Assembly (NCBI GenBank): GCA_015492245.1
Contig: WGFM01000017.1
Span: 38,693-102,692 of the forward strand
Length of the DNA stretch: 64,000 nucleotides
DNA from: Deltaproteobacteria bacterium
Lineage (GTDB): Bacteria; Desulfobacterota; GWC2-55-46; DRQE01
Reading direction: 5' to 3'
The translations under genes were made by a program, and so were the position numbers. Shown here piece by piece: positions 57,574 through 64,000 of the stretch (position 1 is the first letter of the stretch; each line of letters starts with the position of its first letter). The notes under the pieces were generated by a model. The model searched no databases. It worked only from the letters and a program-made list of their open reading frames with translations, and was not told the DNA's origin.

Positions 57574-58379
57574 TCCACATGGTTAAGATTGCCATCACCG
57601 GTATATCTGGCAGGATGGGTAGAGCCATAGCAAACTGTATAGAAGAGGAAGAGGGTGCAGAGCTTGCAGGTGCCCTTGAGAGAGAAGGGCATCCATGGAC
57701 AGGCAGAGCCCTCTCGGAGCTTACGGGGCTGAACAGCGATGTGGTGGTTACAGACAACCCTGAAGAGGCATTCAAGGAGGCAAATGTAGTCATAGACTTT
57801 ACCATACCCGAGGCCACGGTGAAGAACCTTGAGGTTGCAGCAGCGTTGGGAAGACCTGTGGTAATAGGCACAACAGGATTCTCTGCAGAGCAACGGGCCA
57901 CAATAACCGACACCTCACGGCGTGTGGGGGTTGTGTTCTCTCCGAACATGAGTATCGGGGTAAACCTGCTTTTCAGGCTGGTTACCGAGGCTGCCCGTAT
58001 ACTCGGAGATGAATACGATGTGGAGATAGTGGAATACCATCATCGCCACAAAAAGGATGCTCCCTCTGGCACAGCCCTTAGAATTGCCGAACTCATTGCC
58101 CATACCCTGGGTAGAGACCTCGACAGGGTTGCCGTATACGGAAGGAAGGGCATTACAGGAGAGCGCCCCGTAGAAGAAATAGGCATACAGAGTGTGAGGG
58201 CCGGAGACATTGTGGGAGACCATATAATTCTTTTTGCAGGCTCTGGCGAAAGGCTGGAGCTTACACACAGGGCACACTCGCGCACCACCTTTGCAAAAGG
58301 TGCGGTAAAGGCAGCCCTCTGGGTGGCAGACAAATCCACGGGGCTCTATGACATGCAGGATGTGCTGGGGCTAAGATAA
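57570..58379 (+). CDS. dapB: 4-hydroxy-tetrahydrodipicolinate reductase
   Basis: 269 aa. N-terminal GISGRMG Rossmann and the E(Y)HHRHKKDAPSGTA catalytic motif. Confidence 0.9.
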   Translation: MIHMVKIAITGISGRMGRAIANCIEEEEGAELAGALEREGHPWTGRALSELTGLNSDVVVTDNPEEAFKEANVVIDFTIPEATVKNLEVAAALGRPVVIGTTGFSAEQRATITDTSRRVGVVFSPNMSIGVNLLFRLVTEAARILGDEYDVEIVEYHHRHKKDAPSGTALRIAELIAHTLGRDLDRVAVYGRKGITGERPVEEIGIQSVRAGDIVGDHIILFAGSGERLELTHRAHSRTTFAKGAVKAALWVADKSTGLYDMQDVLGLR

Positions 58380-58456
58380 ACAGGGTGCAACAGGCAGCTC
58401 CTGCGGTGTGATAGAAGAACACCCTGTTCCAAAACAAAAACAGAGGGAGGTTTCTG

Positions 58457-59230
58457 ATGACAAGGCTTTTAATGTATATGCTGGTGGGTGCGTTCCTGCT
58501 GGTGAGTGTGCCTTCCTACGGGTTCGAAGGAAAGGCATGCACAGAGGATAGGGGCTGCAAAGGTGAATGCATAAAGTGCCATAGCCTTACTACGAAAGAG
58601 GCATCCAGGTTGCTTAAGGCAGAAAAACTCAAGGCAAAGGTGTTGAGTGTGAAACCGGCTCAGGTAAAGGGGTTGTGGGCCGTGGAGGTGGAAAGGGCCG
58701 GAAAGAGGTTTGTCGTATATGTGGACTTTGCCAAGAAATACCTTGTAGAGGGCAGGTTCACCCTGCTGGCCGAGCTTGGCAGACCGATTCTGAAAAAGGT
58801 GGATGTGGCGAGTATCCCCACAGAGGATGCAATACTTCTTGGTAGAAAGGATGCAGAGACAAAGATAATAATATTCGATGATCCTGATTGCCCCTATTGT
58901 AAGAAACTGCACGGAGAACTCAAGAAGATAGTAAAAAAACGCAAGGACATAGCCTTCCTGCTGAAGATGTATCCCCTTGCCATACATCCCGAAGCCTATG
59001 ACAAGTCGAAGGCCATAGTGTGCAAGAAGAGCCTCAAACTCCTTGAGGACGCCTTTGCAGGAAAGAAACTTCCACCACCCTCTTGCGAGACCACGGTGAT
59101 TGATGATAATATAAAACTTGCAAGAAAACTGGGCATAGAGGGCACACCTGCCATCATATTTCCCGATGGAAGGTTGATACCCGGGTATGTGGATGCAGAT
59201 ACATTGCTCGAGGTTCTTGAGATGAAATGA
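58457..59230 (+). CDS. periplasmic thiol:disulfide interchange protein (DsbC/DsbG-like) with an additional N-terminal CxxCH motif
   Basis: 257 aa. Signal peptide, then a CKGECIKCH segment, then a dimerisation-like domain, then a thioredoxin fold with CPYC. Confidence 0.7.
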   Translation: MTRLLMYMLVGAFLLVSVPSYGFEGKACTEDRGCKGECIKCHSLTTKEASRLLKAEKLKAKVLSVKPAQVKGLWAVEVERAGKRFVVYVDFAKKYLVEGRFTLLAELGRPILKKVDVASIPTEDAILLGRKDAETKIIIFDDPDCPYCKKLHGELKKIVKKRKDIAFLLKMYPLAIHPEAYDKSKAIVCKKSLKLLEDAFAGKKLPPPSCETTVIDDNIKLARKLGIEGTPAIIFPDGRLIPGYVDADTLLEVLEMK

Positions 59231-59235
59231 ATAAG

Positions 59236-59307
<72 letters not shown>

Positions 59308-59398
59308 TTACCTGAAGATGGTAAGAAATATAGCATCGATTGTCAAGCAGTAGTATTACCTGCACCCTTTGCACAAACCTGGAATGGAGCGGAAGAAT

Positions 59399-60808
59399 AT
59401 GCCTGAAAAGGTTCTTATAATAGAGGATGACAGGCTATCGGCTCAGATGCTCAGGGATATTCTTCATGTCCATGGCTACCAGACCATGTGCGCACACGAG
59501 GGTAGAGAGGGGCTGGAACTTGCCAGAAGAGAAGAGCCAGACATAGTGCTGCTTGATCTTGTGCTTCCCGGGATGAATGGGGTCAGCATATGTGAGGCCA
59601 TAAGGACACTTGAGACCCACAGAAGACCCTCCATAATAATAGTATCCCACAGGGGTGAAAAGAAGACCATCGCAGAGGCCCTGCAGAAGGGCGCAGATGA
59701 CTTTCTTGTAAAACCCGTGGACGAACTGGAGCTTCTCGCAAGACTTCGGGCACAGACACGGCTTATAAAGTTCCATCGTGAACTTGAAGAAGACAAGAGG
59801 AATCTTCAGGCATTGCTGGATATAACACAGGCCATAAGCGCAACCCTTGATACCAGCAAGGTGCTCCAGATACTGGTGGAAAGGGTTGCAAATGTAACCA
59901 ATGCGGTAAGATGCTCGATAGTGCTCATAGCAACAGATTCAGAGGGCTATGTGCTCGCCTCGCATGACGACAAATCCATCATGAACTTCAAGATAAACCT
60001 TGGTAGATACCCGGAAATACAGGAAGCGCTCAAGACCAAGTCCACACTCGTGCTCGATGACATGGTGAACCACCCACTTCTCAGACCTGTAAGAGACCAC
60101 ATAAAGAATCTTGTGGGCATGAGTGTGCTGGTGGTACCCATAGTGTTTCATGAGGAAGTACTGGGCACACTGTTTCTAAGAAGCCGTAAGGCAGGCAGGG
60201 GCTTTACAAAAAAGGAGATAGACTTCTGCCAGATAGTGGCAAACTCCTCATACCACGCAATAAAGAACGCAAAGCTCTTCGAGAAGATAAAGAAGGAGAA
60301 GGAACACCTCAAAGAGATAGCCATAAGGGACTCCCTTACAATGCTCTACAACCACAACTTCTTCTACACCCGTCTCGAAGAAGAGTTCGACAGGGCCGTT
60401 AGATACGAAACCTCGCTCTCACTTATAATGATGGATGTTGATGACTTCAAACGCATAAACGACACCTATGGGCACAGAACAGGCGATACGGTTCTGAAGG
60501 AAATTGCCAACATAATAAAGAAGAGTGTGCGTAAAAGTGATATAGTTGCCCGTTACGGTGGAGAGGAGTTTGTGGCCCTTCTGCCCCATACCCCATTGAG
60601 CGGGGCCGTGGAAGAGGCCGAAAGGATTCGCAAGCTCATCGAGGAGCACTGCTACGCAGGACTTCTTACAGAGAGTGTAACCGTCAGTGCTGGGGTTGTC
60701 TCATACCCTGAAAAGATAGTGATGAACAGCGTTGACCTTGTAAACCTTGCCGATGAGGCCCTCTACAGGGCAAAGGCAGCAGGCAAGAACCGTGTAGAGG
60801 TGGTATAG
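59399..60808 (+). CDS. response regulator receiver-GAF-GGDEF diguanylate cyclase
   Basis: REC domain (LIIEDD…DIVLLDLVLPGMNG), central GAF, C-terminal GGDEF with intact RYGGEEF. Start taken at the ATG at 59399. Confidence 0.85.
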   Translation: MPEKVLIIEDDRLSAQMLRDILHVHGYQTMCAHEGREGLELARREEPDIVLLDLVLPGMNGVSICEAIRTLETHRRPSIIIVSHRGEKKTIAEALQKGADDFLVKPVDELELLARLRAQTRLIKFHRELEEDKRNLQALLDITQAISATLDTSKVLQILVERVANVTNAVRCSIVLIATDSEGYVLASHDDKSIMNFKINLGRYPEIQEALKTKSTLVLDDMVNHPLLRPVRDHIKNLVGMSVLVVPIVFHEEVLGTLFLRSRKAGRGFTKKEIDFCQIVANSSYHAIKNAKLFEKIKKEKEHLKEIAIRDSLTMLYNHNFFYTRLEEEFDRAVRYETSLSLIMMDVDDFKRINDTYGHRTGDTVLKEIANIIKKSVRKSDIVARYGGEEFVALLPHTPLSGAVEEAERIRKLIEEHCYAGLLTESVTVSAGVVSYPEKIVMNSVDLVNLADEALYRAKAAGKNRVEVV

Positions 60809-60952
60809 CTCTGCCTGCCCCTTGGGGGCCATATCTGGCACCTGCCTTGAAGAACAGGCCTTCCCCCTACAGTAGTTACCCATAGCCAACCATGTCTACA
60901 GGACACCTTCTATGGTTCAAACCATCGTGGTCCAATTCATCCAACAGTGGTA

Positions 60953-62245
60953 TCAGCCCTGGCCGAGCCCTTCTCTGTCTATCTTTATGGCACACAGGGC
61001 ACCACACATGGTGCACACATTCTCATCCTCTGGAAGGCGGGAGCTTCTGAACTCTCTTGCCCTCTGGGGATCAACGGAAAGCCTTATCTGGGTCTCCCAG
61101 TCGAGCCTTCTTCTGGCAAGGCTCATCTCCACATCCTTCTCTACGGCCCCGGGAACCTTCTTTGCAATATCTCCTGCATGTGCTGCTATACGGGCTGCAA
61201 TAACACCTTCTTTGACATCCTCAATGGTTGGCAGCCTCAGGTGTTCGCCAGGTGTTACATAGCAGAGAAAGTCTGCCCCCTTCGAGGCCGCAATTGCCCC
61301 ACCTATGGCACTGGTTATGTGGTCATAGCCTGCGCCTATGTCCGTAACAAGCGGGCCGAGCACATAGAAGGGCGCACCACTGCAGAGCCTTTTCTCAAGC
61401 AACACATTTGCCTCTATCTCGTCTATGGGAACATGTCCAGGCCCCTCTATCATAACACCCACACCACTTCTGTGGGCAACATCGCGTAGCTCGCCCAGGG
61501 TCATGAGCTCCTCTATCTGCACACCATCGGTTGCATCCCTGAGGCAGCCGGGCCTCAAGGCATCGCCAAGGCTTAAGACCATGTCATAACGCTTTGCAAT
61601 GGCCACAAGCTCATCGAACCTTTCGTAGAAGGGGTTCTCCCTCTTGTTATAACGCATCCACTCTGCCATAAGGGCTCCACCCCTGCTGACTATACCCATG
61701 AGACGGGGATCTTTCTTGAGCCTCTCGAGGGTTGAAAGCCTTATTCCGCAGTGCACCGTTACAAAGTCCACACCGTCAGAGGCGTGTCGGGCCACCATCT
61801 CGATAAACTCCTCTGGAGCAAGCTCCACGAAGGACTTGCCCTGCCCCTTTGCAAAGAACGCCGCCTGATAGACCGGCACGGTGCCCACAGGCACGGTGGA
61901 CTCTCTTAGTATCATCTTTCTTATGCCATCTATGTCTCCACCGGTGGAAAGGTCCATCACAGAATCTGCCCCGCTCTCTATGGCCACCTTGAGCTTGAGG
62001 AGCTCTTCCTGTGGGTCCTCTCTATCTGTAGATGTGCCTATGTTGGCATTGACCTTTGTGCGAAGCCCCCTTCCTACGGCAAGGGGTTTTATGGTGCTCT
62101 GGCGTTCTCTGTTGCAGGTTATGACCATGGTGCCCTCTTTTAGTCCATCCCGTATAAACCCTGGGGATACACCTTCTGCCCTGGCCACCTCCTCCATCTC
62201 CTCTGTTATGTTGCCAGAAGAGGCAAGCTCTATCCTTGTCATCAC
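60953..62245 (-). CDS. thiC: phosphomethylpyrimidine synthase
   Basis: 430 aa short-form ThiC with the C-terminal CTMCGALCAIK Fe-S motif. Confidence 0.95.
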   Translation of the reverse strand: MMTRIELASSGNITEEMEEVARAEGVSPGFIRDGLKEGTMVITCNRERQSTIKPLAVGRGLRTKVNANIGTSTDREDPQEELLKLKVAIESGADSVMDLSTGGDIDGIRKMILRESTVPVGTVPVYQAAFFAKGQGKSFVELAPEEFIEMVARHASDGVDFVTVHCGIRLSTLERLKKDPRLMGIVSRGGALMAEWMRYNKRENPFYERFDELVAIAKRYDMVLSLGDALRPGCLRDATDGVQIEELMTLGELRDVAHRSGVGVMIEGPGHVPIDEIEANVLLEKRLCSGAPFYVLGPLVTDIGAGYDHITSAIGGAIAASKGADFLCYVTPGEHLRLPTIEDVKEGVIAARIAAHAGDIAKKVPGAVEKDVEMSLARRRLDWETQIRLSVDPQRAREFRSSRLPEDENVCTMCGALCAIKIDREGLGQG

Positions 62246-62877
62246 AGGATAACCTCCTTTTTGTTCTTTCTTATCTCACGGATAAGCCTCTCTGTCTCTT
62301 CCCTTATATCAGGGGCTGCCATGATGGCAGAAATCACCGCCACCCCATGCACACCACACATTATGACCTCTCTTATGTTCTCCTTCTTTATCCCACCCAG
62401 TGCAAACACGGGCACCGACAGCCTGGATGCCTCTTTGAGTGGCGCCGTGCCAACAGGCAGGCCGAACCTCCTTTTAGAGGGTGTATAGTATACAGGCCCA
62501 AGGGTTGCAAAGTCTGCCCCTTCTCTCTCTGCCCTCTCTGCGGCCTCCACGGAATGGCAGGAAACCCCTATGAGGAGTCTTCTGCCGAACCGCTCCCTCA
62601 GGGCAGAGGGGCTGAAAGAGTTCTCAGGTAGATGCACCCCATCTGCCCCGCACAGAAGTGCCACATCCACCCTGTCGTTTATAAAAAGGAGGGCACCGTA
62701 TCTTTCTGTAAGCTCTCTTAAGGCCAAAGCAACCTGTAAGAGTTCTCTTCCATCGAGGTCTTTTTCACGCAGTTGCACCGCCTTTGTGCCTCCCTTGAGG
62801 GCCTCTTCCACCACATAGAGGAGTCCTCTATCAGCGGCAATCTTCCTGTCGGTTATAAGGTAGAGGTCAAACCCCAT
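62242..62877 (-). CDS. thiE: thiamine-phosphate synthase
   Basis: TIM-barrel ThiE motifs (…LYLITDR…, …GADGVHL…). Start placed at the internal Met (62877) abutting the lgt stop. Confidence 0.88.
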   Translation of the reverse strand: MGFDLYLITDRKIAADRGLLYVVEEALKGGTKAVQLREKDLDGRELLQVALALRELTERYGALLFINDRVDVALLCGADGVHLPENSFSPSALRERFGRRLLIGVSCHSVEAAERAEREGADFATLGPVYYTPSKRRFGLPVGTAPLKEASRLSVPVFALGGIKKENIREVIMCGVHGVAVISAIMAAPDIREETERLIREIRKNKKEVIL

Positions 62878-63650
62878 CACTTCTTTTTTGTCCACAGCCT
62901 TCTTTTCCATATTATTGTTGAGGCCACGATCATCAGTGCAAGGCTTACAAGCTGGGCTGCCCTGAAGGGGCCCAGCATGAGGCTGTCTGCCCGGAATGCC
63001 TCGACGAAGAATCTACCCGCAGAGTAGAGCACAAGGTATGTGGCGAATATGAACCCTTCTTTGTGCTCCCTTTTTCTCAACACAAACCACAGAACCGTGA
63101 ATATGCAGAGGTTCAACACCATCTCATAGAGCATGGTGGGATGTATGGGTATACCCGGGAATTCTCTGCCCGCAATGCTGTCTGGCGGGAAGACCACACC
63201 CCAGGGTAGTGTTGTGGGCACCCCATGGGCATCGCCATTCATGAAGTTGCCGAACCTGCCGAATGCCTGCCCCAGTATTATGGCAGGTGCCACCGCATCT
63301 GCCATCTTCCAGAAGGGTATGTTCTTCCTTCTAAGATAGATGTAGGCCACCATAAGCCCACCGATTATACCACCATGTATGGCAAGACCTCCGTGCCATA
63401 TGGCAGGTATCTCAAGGGGGACACTCAGGTAGTACTGCCAGTTGAAGAGCACATAATAGAGCCTTGCTCCCACTATGCCACCCACAACTGCCCACAAGAC
63501 AAAGTCCATCACCTCTTCTTCCTTGAGCCCTATGGCCTTTCTCTTTACCTCTTTTCTTATGAGAAGGCTGCCCACCACTATGGCGACCACATACATCAGT
63601 CCATAGAAGCGAACCTCAAAGGGACCGAGCTTGAAGAGAACGGGCCACAC
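62877..63650 (-). CDS. lgt: prolipoprotein diacylglyceryl transferase
   Basis: 257 aa polytopic protein with the Lgt signature GRFGNFMNGDAHG. Confidence 0.88.
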   Translation of the reverse strand: MWPVLFKLGPFEVRFYGLMYVVAIVVGSLLIRKEVKRKAIGLKEEEVMDFVLWAVVGGIVGARLYYVLFNWQYYLSVPLEIPAIWHGGLAIHGGIIGGLMVAYIYLRRKNIPFWKMADAVAPAIILGQAFGRFGNFMNGDAHGVPTTLPWGVVFPPDSIAGREFPGIPIHPTMLYEMVLNLCIFTVLWFVLRKREHKEGFIFATYLVLYSAGRFFVEAFRADSLMLGPFRAAQLVSLALMIVASTIIWKRRLWTKKK

Positions 63651-63673
63651 CGTCTTTTATCCTCTCTCCTTGT

Positions 63674-64000
<327 letters not shown>

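Noticed and set aside
58379-58457. Terminator-like inverted repeat AACAGGGTG…CACCCTGTT after dapB
   Set aside because: The 30-nt loop and A-rich (not U-rich) trailing sequence on the coding strand make an intrinsic terminator unlikely. It may instead be a regulatory hairpin for the DsbC-like gene, but there is not enough evidence.
60808-60953. Intrinsic terminator in the convergent GGDEF / thiC gap (GCCCCTTGGGGGC hairpin)
   Set aside because: Stem is short (5 bp) and not followed by a T-tract on either strand; too weak to call.

Overview
This 64-kb window reads as core chromosome from a Gram-negative bacterium (about 55% GC, dense coding, no obvious mobile elements or CRISPR); many genes overlap or are tightly spaced and look co-transcribed. 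All annotations below come from reading motifs in the six-frame translations, not from database searches.

Gene content, in order:
- 1-19.7 kb: a P-type ATPase (5' partial), nadA, an AMMECR1 protein, an aspartate-type aminotransferase, coaD, rsmD, a YjbQ-family protein, the sirtuin cobB, a small DUF2007-like gene, def-fmt-DUF116, nadE, glycerate kinase, gatB-gatA (minus strand), a nitrate-reductase-like molybdoenzyme, ctaB and a mono-heme cytochrome c.
- 19.7-25.3 kb: a minus-strand bioB-bioF-bioH-bioC operon with a recognisable BirA operator, a divergent NFACT/RqcH-like gene, and tRNA-Glu(UUC) and tRNA-Lys(UUU) closed by a perfect bidirectional terminator.
- 25.4-28.2 kb: a DUF1015 gene fused by overlap to a methyltransferase, a DUF721 protein and a small membrane protein.
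- 28.3-44.4 kb: a 16-kb plus-strand outer-membrane biogenesis run: lysS, lolCD, bamA, skp, lpxD, fabZ, lpxA, a Gfo/Idh/MocA oxidoreductase, lpxB, msbA, DUF374, kdtA, lpxK.
- 44.4-59.3 kb: a 190-nt structured element followed by a clear tRNA-Sec (selC), then ispB-like, nth, fabI, a PHP/EndoQ-like protein, a GNAT-like DUF2156-type protein, a TIGR01212 radical SAM protein, an M29 aminopeptidase, gmhA, a deoxyhypusine-synthase-like protein, argH, a tiny LptM-like lipoprotein, lysA-dapF-dapA-dapB, a DsbC-like protein and tRNA-Thr(CGU).
- 59.3-64 kb: a REC-GAF-GGDEF regulator and a minus-strand thiG(partial)-lgt-thiE-thiC cluster.

Observations most worth a second look:
- selC preceded by a roughly 190-nt element closed by a 13-18 bp terminal helix ending in a U-tract, a candidate ncRNA.
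- A -1 frameshift at an A9 tract that splits the kdtA-associated DUF374 gene.
- A PHP/EndoQ-like + GNAT-like + radical-SAM trio that may be a split Elp3-like nucleic-acid modification module.
- A 150-aa non-POTRA N-terminal extension on BamA.
- A Gfo/Idh/MocA gene embedded between lpxA and lpxB, a possible GnnA-like hint of a modified lipid A.

No defense island, prophage or integron is evident.
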